NCBI GenBank assembly: GCA_903884375.1
Contig: CAISER010000020.1
Location: 1-52,762, forward strand
Reading direction: 5' to 3'
From: Candidatus Collierbacteria bacterium
Lineage (GTDB): Bacteria > Patescibacteriota > Microgenomatia > UBA1400 > MFAQ01
DNA: 52,762 nucleotides
The position numbers were made by a program, and so were the translations under genes. The number at the start of each line of letters is the position of its first letter. The stretch's first letter is position 1. Below the pieces are notes generated by a model. The model saw only the letters and a program-made list of their open reading frames with translations. It had not been told where the DNA came from and made no database searches. Positions 18,226 to 27,350 of the stretch are shown here, in pieces.

Positions 18226-19039
18226 AACGGAGTTTTAATCTGGAATCACCCTGCCAACGGTCGATATGGTTGTCGTCGTAATGATGCAAAATGTAAGTGC
18301 GATAGATGATGGCCAAGTAATCGATAGCAAAATTTTGGACTGAAGAAAATCCAATATTGCTTTGAAAATTGTAGTTAATTTCTACTGGAGACTCGTAAAT
18401 TTTTTTAAAACCGAGATGGTTGGCAACGGCGAGTAGTTCTAAGTCAAAGGCCCAACGCTTGACCATGAGACGAGGAAGAACTTTAACCAATACTTTTCTT
18501 TTAAACACCTTTAAGCCTGTTTGGGTATCGGAAACATTTAGTCCAAAAAAGAAACGGGTGGCTTTTTGAACCAGGAAACTTAAAATTTTTCTTCTCCAGG
18601 GATAGTAAACCTTACTGGCATGGTGACGTTTGGAACCAATAATAATATCGGCGTCGTACCATTTCATATGTTCAAGAGCCAAGCCAATACCTCTCGCGTG
18701 GAGGTCGGAACCAGCGTCAATGAAAGCAATAATCCCCCCTTTAGCTCGTGCCATACCGTAACGTACCGCATAACCCTTACCTTTGTTTGTTGGATAAAAA
18801 TAGATTTTGATATTATCGCCTTTGATTTTTTTGGCACGTTCTACAGTGTGATCTTTAGCATTTTTCCTTCCGTCAACAACGCAGAGTAGTTCATAAGAGC
18901 GACCTAGTTCATCCAGATATATTTTTAGTGAGGATAGATCACGAAGTATTGTTTTGCAGTTGTAGGCCGGAACAATAACAGACAGTAGACCGGGGTCCGA
19001 TTTGAGAACTTTTATTTTTTTAGTGGAGTGTCTTGCCAT
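18218..19039 (-). CDS. GT2 glycosyltransferase, polyprenyl-phosphate sugar synthase-like (DPM1/ALG5/GtrB-like)
   Basis: 273 aa. LSVIVPAYNCKTILRDL, TNKGKGYAVRYGMARAKGGIIAFIDAGSDL, IIIGSKRH. The layout resembles Dpm1/GtrB-type enzymes. The usual DAD reads DAGSD here. Confidence 0.55.
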   Translation of the reverse strand: MARHSTKKIKVLKSDPGLLSVIVPAYNCKTILRDLSSLKIYLDELGRSYELLCVVDGRKNAKDHTVERAKKIKGDNIKIYFYPTNKGKGYAVRYGMARAKGGIIAFIDAGSDLHARGIGLALEHMKWYDADIIIGSKRHHASKVYYPWRRKILSFLVQKATRFFFGLNVSDTQTGLKVFKRKVLVKVLPRLMVKRWAFDLELLAVANHLGFKKIYESPVEINYNFQSNIGFSSVQNFAIDYLAIIYRTYILHHYDDNHIDRWQGDSRLKLRYD

Positions 19040-19050
19040 CTATTTTCGGA

Positions 19051-20310
19051 TTATACTTGTTTTGGCTTTGAAAGTCTTCTGGAAACATAAATCGAAAGGG
19101 ATAGAAAAAGGAATAGCTGAAGATAGAAATTAGCTTGAACAGTGATGGAAAAAGAATTCTTAGATATATAGAAGACTATCGGTTGGAGAATAGTGGTGAT
19201 GAGCAATAATATGTTTGCTTGAGGACGATTGGTAGCCATTAAATAGGAAATAATGAATAAACTGAAGGCAAAGAAAGCCATGGAAAAAGCAAAATATGCA
19301 AGTAATGGAGATGCTTCAAGGTAGGCCGGACCTGAGAGTAAATTGATGATGAACTTGGGAAACAGACTAAAAATCCCTGCCCCTATCGTACCAAAAAATA
19401 ATATTACCGAACCAAGTTTGAAAAAAATTGAATTTGTTGAGGTATTTTTAGCATGACGATGAGCAGCGATTGGGAGCACTAAGGCGGAGATTGGAGTAAG
19501 CCCGAACAGAATCATTCTCCCGAGAATTGATAGTGCCGAGTAAAGTCCTGAGGTGTGTGAGTCAAAAAAAGCTCGAACCATTAAAACGTCTGTGGAGATT
19601 AACGATGCCACTCCAAGTGCGTAGATAAAACTGTAACCGGTAAAACCTTTCAAATTAAATTTATTTTTCTTACCGGTTTCCATCTTTGGGTAGACATTTT
19701 TTTTGATTGATAGAAATAGCATAATGGAAGTTATCGCTCCGGCAAGAATTTGACCAAGAATGGCTCCCGTGGCACCAAGCCCTAGTTTTATAAACAAAAC
19801 CGCAAGAAGAATCGTCGAAACTGTACCAATAAAACCAACAATCGTCTGGAAGACGAATTTTTGAAAAGCGATGATGTAGGAATTGACAATGGTTTGAAAA
19901 AGAGAAATAAAGACACTAATTCCCAGAACAATAAAGGCTATTGAGTGTGCTTTAAATACAAAAGCCAAGGGGCCGGAAAGAATAATCAAGAGAGTACCAA
20001 GTATTATGACAATTGGAGTAATGAGTTTGAGAAGATAATAAAAGAATTGATTGATTGATTTGTCGTCCCCCTTTCCTTTGTAATCCGAAACAAATTTAGT
20101 GACGACGTTGGCAACAGTTCCCGTGGGAATGGCTAAGAGATTGGTAAGACTGAGATAAGAAAGAAATTCACCATACTGCCCCGGTAATAGGAGTCTTAAA
20201 AGAACCAAATGAAAAATATACCTCGAAAAACTTAGAATAAAGTTCCCGAAATAATAAAAGGCACTAGAACGAGCAGTGGGTGTAGAAAAGGCTCGTAAAA
20301 CTTTCTTCAT
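19051..20310 (-). CDS. MOP-superfamily oligosaccharide/polysaccharide flippase (Wzx-like)
   Basis: 419 aa, about 12 hydrophobic helices. The N-terminal FYYFGNFILSFSRYIFHLVLLRLLLPGQYGEF pattern is typical of polysaccharide biosynthesis (Polysacc_synt) flippases. Confidence 0.7.
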   Translation of the reverse strand: MKKVLRAFSTPTARSSAFYYFGNFILSFSRYIFHLVLLRLLLPGQYGEFLSYLSLTNLLAIPTGTVANVVTKFVSDYKGKGDDKSINQFFYYLLKLITPIVIILGTLLIILSGPLAFVFKAHSIAFIVLGISVFISLFQTIVNSYIIAFQKFVFQTIVGFIGTVSTILLAVLFIKLGLGATGAILGQILAGAITSIMLFLSIKKNVYPKMETGKKNKFNLKGFTGYSFIYALGVASLISTDVLMVRAFFDSHTSGLYSALSILGRMILFGLTPISALVLPIAAHRHAKNTSTNSIFFKLGSVILFFGTIGAGIFSLFPKFIINLLSGPAYLEASPLLAYFAFSMAFFAFSLFIISYLMATNRPQANILLLITTILQPIVFYISKNSFSITVQANFYLQLFLFLSLSIYVSRRLSKPKQV

Positions 20311-20497
20311 TGCTTAGTTTAACATGGAGGCTAGGCTATCTATTCCTAAGAATACGAAAAATTGCCAATAAACCATAATTGTTTTGTTTTTCAACCTGGG
20401 GAAAAGTTTTGAATAGATTTATTAATAAGATGGCTGGATTTTCCAGTAAAAAGGTTCAAACTATGAATAAGATATCAAGAAATTTAGACGCCCTAGA

Positions 20498-21526
20498 TCA
20501 AGTTTGTGTTCTTTGAATAACTTGATTATAAATATCTTGCGTTTCTTTGGCTGTTTTAGCCCAAGAAAAGGTGGAGGCTTTCTTTTTGGCTTCGTCAATT
20601 TGAGTTAATTTCGCTTTGGGAGAGAGAGAAAGAGCTTTTTTAATGGCTTTTTCCATTGAAATTAGTTTGTGAGGATTAAAAGTAATGGCATTATCATGAT
20701 AGATTTCCGGAAGACTGCTAGTGTTTGAACTTGCAACTAAACAACCGGAAGTCATGGCTTCAAGAAGAGGTAAACCAAAGCCCTCATAAAAACTAGGCTG
20801 GACATAGAGAGCGGCCAGGTGATAGAGAGCGTTCAATTCATCGTTTTTAACATATCCTGGTAATATTAAGTGTTTGTAGACCCTTAAACGGACCATATCA
20901 ATAAGTTCTGGGTGAACAGGTTCTTTGATTTCTTGAAGCATCCCCTTTCCTACAATAACTAAAGGAATATTTAATCTGTCCGTTACCTCTGCTAGAGTAG
21001 GTAAGTTCTTGTTTGGATTTGGACCTCCAGCTACCGTAAGAATAAATTTATCTGGGAGATGAAACTTCTTTTTGACAGTATTAAGTTTTTTTTCGGCGAC
21101 TTCTTGGCTATAAAGTGAATCAACAGCCAATGGGGTGACAAATATTTTTTCCGGTGAAACACGTAGATATTTTTCAATATCTTTTTTTGAGTTTTCCGAG
21201 TCGGTAATTATTGCCGAAACAGATTGAAGGGCTAACCATTGACGAGCCAAGTTGATGGATCCTATTATCCCTTTTGGATATCTACCCGCCATTACCAATG
21301 GTGTAACATCATGAATGGTGACGATGGTGGATTTTTCTTTTTTCCAAGGGAGAGTGTGGAAGAATAGATCAAAAAACGGATAATGAATAATATCGGGATT
21401 GATATCGGTAAGTAAGATGGCTGATTTATTTTCTAGTGCCTTGGCGAGATTTTCGGCGTAAAAACCAACCCCTCTTCCTTTCGAGTGAGTGCCACTGTCC
21501 AAAAAAACTTTTATTTTATTTTGCAT
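20498..21526 (-). CDS. GT-B fold glycosyltransferase, family 4-like
   Basis: 342 aa. PSFYEGFGLPLLEAMTSGCLVASS carries the E-x7-E motif. Confidence 0.85.
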   Translation of the reverse strand: MQNKIKVFLDSGTHSKGRGVGFYAENLAKALENKSAILLTDINPDIIHYPFFDLFFHTLPWKKEKSTIVTIHDVTPLVMAGRYPKGIIGSINLARQWLALQSVSAIITDSENSKKDIEKYLRVSPEKIFVTPLAVDSLYSQEVAEKKLNTVKKKFHLPDKFILTVAGGPNPNKNLPTLAEVTDRLNIPLVIVGKGMLQEIKEPVHPELIDMVRLRVYKHLILPGYVKNDELNALYHLAALYVQPSFYEGFGLPLLEAMTSGCLVASSNTSSLPEIYHDNAITFNPHKLISMEKAIKKALSLSPKAKLTQIDEAKKKASTFSWAKTAKETQDIYNQVIQRTQT

Positions 21527-22394
21527 ATATTTCGTTTTTGTAAAGTTCCCAGAGTTTCATATAGGAAAAAGCGTGATGAAGCCCTGAATAGAGAGAAAAG
21601 ACAAATCCCGGAAAGCCATCCAAAAAACCCCGGCGGCGAAAATACAAATTTAGGAAAGTACCGGCTGGTTTAAAAAATAGAAACAAAATAGTATTGAGAA
21701 TAGTTATTTTTAGACCGGCTTCTTTGTAGAATTTGGCTTGTAGGCTGGAGTACCGATTTTCTCTTAATAAATAGCGACTGAAATCGGGAGTGGCGAAGTG
21801 GTCAAGATCGGTTTTCAACCAACCTACTGGTCCATCAACTTTCATTTGTTCATGGACATCCTTTGCCGGAAGAATGGCTTTCCCTTTTTGGAAAAGACGG
21901 ATAACAGGATCGGGGTACTGACCGGTATTTTTTAGATAACGATTAAGGAAATAATTTCTTCGCGGTAGCCAATAAGCAGAAGCAGGAGAGTTTAGTTTGC
22001 GTGGTTCGGAGAAGATTTTGATAATTTTGTTAATGGAATGGCGGAAAGGAGATATCCAATTATCATAGCCAAAAGATTCCCCTTCCAAAATTCTAATGAT
22101 TTCCTTTTTCATTTCCGGAAGAACCCTTTCATCGGCATCTAACTGAAGAATCCAGGTGGACTTCGCTTTATTAATCGCTTTATTTTTGGTGATATGAAAG
22201 ACTTGTTCGTGAGGTTCTTTATAAACTATGGCTCCAAGTGATTTAGCAATATCTCTGGTTTTATCGGTGCTTTGTTCGTCGACAACAATTATTTCATCAA
22301 CCCAGTTTTTGACCGACTCGAGACAGTCTTTGATGTTATTTTCTTCGTTGAAAGTGGCCAGTACCACCGAAATTGATTGACGTTTATTTTTCAT
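21516..22394 (-). CDS. GT2 glycosyltransferase (LgtF/WaaE-like subfamily)
   Basis: 292 aa. ISVVLATFNEENNIKDCLESVKNWVDEIIVVDEQSTDKT, LQLDADE (DxD), and a C-terminal amphipathic segment GFPGFVFSLYSGLHHAFSYMKLWE shared with the ORFs at 42922 and 44636. Confidence 0.8.
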   Translation of the reverse strand: MKNKRQSISVVLATFNEENNIKDCLESVKNWVDEIIVVDEQSTDKTRDIAKSLGAIVYKEPHEQVFHITKNKAINKAKSTWILQLDADERVLPEMKKEIIRILEGESFGYDNWISPFRHSINKIIKIFSEPRKLNSPASAYWLPRRNYFLNRYLKNTGQYPDPVIRLFQKGKAILPAKDVHEQMKVDGPVGWLKTDLDHFATPDFSRYLLRENRYSSLQAKFYKEAGLKITILNTILFLFFKPAGTFLNLYFRRRGFLDGFPGFVFSLYSGLHHAFSYMKLWELYKNEIYAK

Positions 22395-24031
22395 TTGGTT
22401 GAGATGAACTTATACATAACTTCACCTGAAAGTGATTTTACCGTGTTTATGATTTTTGTATCGTCCACTTTTTCATCGGCTGACACTATTAGGGCATTGG
22501 GTATATTTTTATCTTGTTCATAATTAATAGCTCGGAATTCGTATTTGTCTAATTTTCTTCCTGTTGAAAAACCATATTTGTCAGGTGAGGACATTACAAT
22601 TTCTTTTTGAAGTTTTTCCGGTGGGTATTTAGTGAAGAAGGCGATCAGAATATATGGCTGATCATAACGGTCGGAAATAATGATGTGGTCATATTTTTCA
22701 TAATTAGCTTTGGTATAGACGGCAATCTGTTCAAAACCATATTGCCAAGCTATCGGAAGCTCTTTGGGGTAGTGGATATAGTACATATGTAGATAGCGGC
22801 CGAAACCGTAGACAGTTCCTAAAATCACAAAGGTGAGTAATGCCGGGAGAAGTTTTTTTGCATATTTTTTGACAAATAAACAAGTTTCAATTAAGCCTAT
22901 GGCAATGATTACCGAAAATGGCACAGACATGTTTTCGGCTCGTAGTGCGTGAGGGGATTGATAGGTAAGGGCAGCCGCAAGTGGAGAGATAAAAAGCCAT
23001 GAAAGAATGGTTTTTTTGCCTGGTGTGTCGAATTTAATGACATAAAGAAATCCTAAGACAAAGAAAGGGAGAAAAAATAGTAGATTCTCCCCCATTTCCG
23101 GAACTCGACTTCTGGGAATGGCATCACCATCAATAAACTGAAAATCAGGAGAAAAATGAGATTGATAATTTTGGACAAAACGCATGGCATAACTTAGAAA
23201 TTTGTTGTGAACTAACTTAACAAATAGACTATCATTTTGGTGTTCAATTCTAAAATTAGTGGATTGCCATGCCGGACCGGGATCAGAAAAAATCGAGACA
23301 CCGGAAAATCTTGACTGACCTTCTTTGCTTAACATCTGGAAAGCAATCGGAAGAGCGAGAACAACGGTAAAGATAATGGCTAAAATGGTTCTTTTAAAAT
23401 TTGATTTTGCAAAAAAACTCTTGATTTCTTTAAAATAAATTATGGAAAATACAAGAATTAAGGCCGGTGTGATGACCCTGGCCGAGTGATATGTATAAAG
23501 AGATAAAACGGCGGATATAACAAAAACAAAAAGATGTTTCGTGTTTTCAAATGATTTATAAAGAAACAGAAGGGCCATAAGAATGAAAAATGTTGCTACG
23601 TTTACTTCCCAACCGCCACGAGAAAACTGAAGATGCCATGGAGAGATGGCCAAAATGAAAGCACTAAGCTCCGGAAGAAATGATTTTCTTTTTTCCGGGA
23701 ATAAATGTTTTACCAGTAAAAATAAAATATAAACACTAATGGTGCCCAATAAAGCCGACGGCAAACGAACAGATGTTACGGATAATCCCATTGCTTTGAC
23801 AAATGGAAGAGCAAGGTAAACATAGAGAGGTGGTTTGTAATCATCAAAAGAACGAAAAACCAAAGGCCAAGAAACCGAGTGTTCGTCTTTGCCGGTTTCG
23901 ATCAAAGACCAAGCATTGTAGCCTAGGGCTGCTTCATCGGCATTAAGACCGGCGGGAAATTTTGATAACATGAAGAGACGAAGAATTCCGGCAAGAAGAA
24001 TGATGGCAATAATGAGTTTATTTCTTTTCAC
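22391..24031 (-). CDS. GT-C glycosyltransferase, ArnT/PMT-like (GT39/GT83-like), tandem paralogue 1 of 6
   Basis: 546 aa. First loop LNADEAALGYNAWSLIETGKDEHSVSWPLVFRSFDDYKPPLYVYL, then SPWHLQFSRGGWEVN and many TM helices. C-terminal soluble domain WQYGFEQ...DQPYILIAFFTKYPPEKLQ. GTGA overlap with the upstream paralogue. Confidence 0.8.
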   Translation of the reverse strand: MKRNKLIIAIILLAGILRLFMLSKFPAGLNADEAALGYNAWSLIETGKDEHSVSWPLVFRSFDDYKPPLYVYLALPFVKAMGLSVTSVRLPSALLGTISVYILFLLVKHLFPEKRKSFLPELSAFILAISPWHLQFSRGGWEVNVATFFILMALLFLYKSFENTKHLFVFVISAVLSLYTYHSARVITPALILVFSIIYFKEIKSFFAKSNFKRTILAIIFTVVLALPIAFQMLSKEGQSRFSGVSIFSDPGPAWQSTNFRIEHQNDSLFVKLVHNKFLSYAMRFVQNYQSHFSPDFQFIDGDAIPRSRVPEMGENLLFFLPFFVLGFLYVIKFDTPGKKTILSWLFISPLAAALTYQSPHALRAENMSVPFSVIIAIGLIETCLFVKKYAKKLLPALLTFVILGTVYGFGRYLHMYYIHYPKELPIAWQYGFEQIAVYTKANYEKYDHIIISDRYDQPYILIAFFTKYPPEKLQKEIVMSSPDKYGFSTGRKLDKYEFRAINYEQDKNIPNALIVSADEKVDDTKIINTVKSLSGEVMYKFISTK

Positions 24032-25674
24032 TTGTTTTTTGTTTTGATGATTCTGAGCATGATTTTTCCATCGGGATAATAAACGTCTTCATGTTTTTCG
24101 ATTGTGGGCAAACTAAAATCGAAGTTATTGTCGATATTGCCGATTGTGCCGACAAAAATAGTATTGTATTGATTACTAACTTCGCTTTTTCCAAACTGGT
24201 GGAACTCAACAATGTCACCGATATGACTTACCATTCCCACATCAAAGCCTCCTGTTTCAAAGGAGTTTTGTTTTTGATATTCAGCCGGATTAAATTGAGA
24301 ATAAAAAAGATAGAATATATATGGCTGTCCCCAAACATCCGTCATGACGACTTTGCTTTCCGGGTATTGATTGATAAACTTCATTGCTTGTTTGTATCCA
24401 TACTGAAATTCTTTGGTGTAGACAAAGTTCCCATGGATAAAAAGAAGATCAGAAAGATAAAAGTATCCGATGATGGTTAGAAAAGAAGAAAAGACAAAAA
24501 TCAATTTTATTTTTTGCCAAGCATAAAACGCTCCACAACCACAAATAATAGCTAAAGGAATTACCATAAATAAACTCCTGACTGTTGAAAATTCGGATAA
24601 AGTTAGAGATCCGGGGAGTGGGGATAGAAGTAGTAAACCAAGAATGAAGATAGATATTTTTGAAGGAAACATTTTTACTAAAAATGCCAAACCTAAAATC
24701 ACCCAGATAAAATCAAAAACCAACAGGACTCCGGAACCAGGAACGTGACCTCTATCGACCGGTGCATACCCTTCATAAAAGAGAAGTTTGGGTGAAAAAT
24801 GTTTGAGGTAACGACTAGCAACCAGCCTGGTTGTCAGCTGTGACTGATTGTGGAAAAGGGAGAGAGTAAATTTGTTGCTATTATCAGTAACAACCGTTTG
24901 TTCCGAAACTCCCGGTTTGTAACCAAAAATACTTAGACGTTTTAAGCGGTTGCCTGTTTCTCCAGTAATAGAACTAATAAATAAATAAAGAACAATACTA
25001 ATGGATAATAATAAAAAGATCAGATTTAATGGTTTTTTGAGATGATGATGTATGTTTGTTTTGATCCCTTGCCAAAAAATTAAGAGTGTAAATATCAGCA
25101 CAACCGGTGTAAGAATCTTGGCTGCTTGGTAAGTTATAAAGGTCAGTAGCCCTAATAAAATAGAAGAATTGAGAAATTTTCCTTCCCTTGCAAATCTTAT
25201 TAAAAAATATATCGAGTATAAAAGTAGAGTGACGAAGACATTGGTTTCCCAAGCTCCTCTTGAAAAATGTATGTGAAGTGGCATTATGGCAAGAAAAAGT
25301 GCAGACAACGAAGCTAAAAAAAGATTCTTCTTTTCGTCCTTAAAAAGTTCTTTGACCAAAAGAAATACACCAAAAATTGCCAACAGACCAAAGATGACAC
25401 TAGGGAAACGTACCGCGAACTCGGTGAGCCCAAAAAGGGCAATCGAAGGAATGGTAAGGTAAATGTATAACCCAGGTTTGTAGTCACCAAAACTTTTGAA
25501 AATTATGGGAAGAAGTTTTCCATATTCGTCTTTGCCGGTTTTAAGAATGGAAAAAGCGTTATACCCAAGAGCGGCTTCGTCCCAAGTAAGTGCACCGGGA
25601 ATTGCACCGAGCTGATATAACCTTAAAAAAGCGCCTAATAGAAGAGCAATAATTAATAACCAGTACTTTTTCAT
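24028..25674 (-). CDS. GT-C glycosyltransferase, ArnT/PMT-like, tandem paralogue 2 of 6
   Basis: 548 aa. LTWDEAALGYNAFSILKTGKDEYGKLLPIIFKSFGDYKPGLYIYL; MPLHIHFSRGAWETN; C-terminal FQYGYKQ...GQPYIFYLFYSQFNPAEYQ. Confidence 0.8.
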   Translation of the reverse strand: MKKYWLLIIALLLGAFLRLYQLGAIPGALTWDEAALGYNAFSILKTGKDEYGKLLPIIFKSFGDYKPGLYIYLTIPSIALFGLTEFAVRFPSVIFGLLAIFGVFLLVKELFKDEKKNLFLASLSALFLAIMPLHIHFSRGAWETNVFVTLLLYSIYFLIRFAREGKFLNSSILLGLLTFITYQAAKILTPVVLIFTLLIFWQGIKTNIHHHLKKPLNLIFLLLSISIVLYLFISSITGETGNRLKRLSIFGYKPGVSEQTVVTDNSNKFTLSLFHNQSQLTTRLVASRYLKHFSPKLLFYEGYAPVDRGHVPGSGVLLVFDFIWVILGLAFLVKMFPSKISIFILGLLLLSPLPGSLTLSEFSTVRSLFMVIPLAIICGCGAFYAWQKIKLIFVFSSFLTIIGYFYLSDLLFIHGNFVYTKEFQYGYKQAMKFINQYPESKVVMTDVWGQPYIFYLFYSQFNPAEYQKQNSFETGGFDVGMVSHIGDIVEFHQFGKSEVSNQYNTIFVGTIGNIDNNFDFSLPTIEKHEDVYYPDGKIMLRIIKTKNK

Positions 25675-27350
25675 TTCATCTTAACTATGGTAAAGGCGGG
25701 ATAACCGTCTAGAAAATTAATTACTTTGATTACTTCGGAGTTTTTAGGTATGTGATTTACGGTAGTTACCAACAAACTATTTTTGGTGTCAATTATTTCT
25801 CCGTGTTCCAGTGTTAGAGTTTTTATTTCGGTATTGGGAGTATCAAATTCATTTACAAAGTAATAGTTATCAATCTTATCCGTCCAGTACCAGCCTGTTT
25901 GGAAAAATCTGGTAGTTATATTTTTGTCTTGGAGAATTTCAGGATTTAATTTGTTGTAAAAAGCATAAAAGATATGAGGTTCACCGTAGCGTTTGGTGAT
26001 AAAAAATTTATCATAATCATTTTGAGTAGAAAGATATTGATATAGTTCCTGATAGCCATACTGCCAGGCTTCTGAGTATGTTTTTGGGTAGGTAACAAAG
26101 AAATCGTTTAAATACAAGCAAAAGTTTAATAGAATCGTGATTACAAAAACAGAAGTGATAATTATTTTTGTTGAGGTAGATATTTTTTCCAAGAGATAAA
26201 GAAGGCCAAGCCCTGAAATTATGACTATTGCTGGAATCATTGGGTTTGGACGTAGGGCTTGAGGAGGATCAACGGTTAGTGCAGCAGCAACCGGAGAAAG
26301 TGCAAACCAAATAAAAATAAATTGGTGAGCTTTATCCTTTGGGTGTCTGACCAAATAAACAAAGCCAATTAGGAATAATAACATTAGCGGTAATCCGATT
26401 AAATTTTTCCCAGGAATAGCGAACTGAGTTTGAGCGCCTAAACTTTGATTGAAAAAACCGGGAGAAAAATAATTAAAATAATTTGCGATTGCTGTTTGAA
26501 TAAAAAACAACGGTCGGTTGTAAACCAGCTTGGCTACCAATGGAGGTAAATTACTTTCTGTCCGTTTTTGACCTAGCGTGTAAGCAGTGGACTCGGTGAT
26601 GATGTTTAATTTCCCATAACGCGCCGTTCCGGCACCTGTAGCCATTTGAAAGGCAACAATACCTCCAAAAAAGATTATTATTAAAAATGAAATTACTGCC
26701 CAACGGGTAATAATTAATTTTTTATAATAGAGTAGAACAAAGGAAATAAGAAGGAGTGGAATAAATACTCTGGCGGTGTTGTATGTGTGCAATGAAAGTC
26801 CAAATAGAATCGCTGCCGGAAGGAAATTTTTTGTCATTTCAATTCCTTTGATTAAAAAATAACCGCCAAAAATAATAAAGGTTAAAGCAAGATTGGCTTC
26901 AAGAGCAGGATGTGAAATAAAAAAATGCCAAGGTAATACGGCAAGGAATATCGAGGAAATAATAGGTAAAGAAAAAGAGAGTTTCTTTATCTGGAGTTTC
27001 TTTTCGGGAAATAGAACGCCAGTGAGAAGAAAAATTCCGGGGATAGCTAAGGTTCCGGCTAAAGCTGAAACAAAACGAATAGCAAAAGTATTGAGGCCAA
27101 AGACGGCTACCGAAATAGAGGTGAGATAGATATAGAGAGGTAATTTAAAATCTCCAAAAGCTCTGAAAATTAAGGGTAGTTTTATCCCCCATTCATCTTT
27201 GCCAGTTGTGAGAATTGAAAAAGCATTATATCCATGACTGACTTCATCCCAGTTTGGTGATACGGGAAATTTATCAAGCATAAAAAATCGAAGAACTCCA
27301 CCTAATAAAGTAATGAGAAATAGAGTAATTATGGTTTTATTTTTGAACAT
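25671..27350 (-). CDS. GT-C glycosyltransferase, ArnT/PMT-like, tandem paralogue 3 of 6
   Basis: 559 aa. PNWDEVSHGYNAFSILTTGKDEWGIKLPLIFRAFGDFKLPLYIYL; LPWHFFISHPALEAN; C-terminal WQYGYQE...GEPHIFYAFYNKLNPEILQ. Confidence 0.8.
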   Translation of the reverse strand: MFKNKTIITLFLITLLGGVLRFFMLDKFPVSPNWDEVSHGYNAFSILTTGKDEWGIKLPLIFRAFGDFKLPLYIYLTSISVAVFGLNTFAIRFVSALAGTLAIPGIFLLTGVLFPEKKLQIKKLSFSLPIISSIFLAVLPWHFFISHPALEANLALTFIIFGGYFLIKGIEMTKNFLPAAILFGLSLHTYNTARVFIPLLLISFVLLYYKKLIITRWAVISFLIIIFFGGIVAFQMATGAGTARYGKLNIITESTAYTLGQKRTESNLPPLVAKLVYNRPLFFIQTAIANYFNYFSPGFFNQSLGAQTQFAIPGKNLIGLPLMLLFLIGFVYLVRHPKDKAHQFIFIWFALSPVAAALTVDPPQALRPNPMIPAIVIISGLGLLYLLEKISTSTKIIITSVFVITILLNFCLYLNDFFVTYPKTYSEAWQYGYQELYQYLSTQNDYDKFFITKRYGEPHIFYAFYNKLNPEILQDKNITTRFFQTGWYWTDKIDNYYFVNEFDTPNTEIKTLTLEHGEIIDTKNSLLVTTVNHIPKNSEVIKVINFLDGYPAFTIVKMK

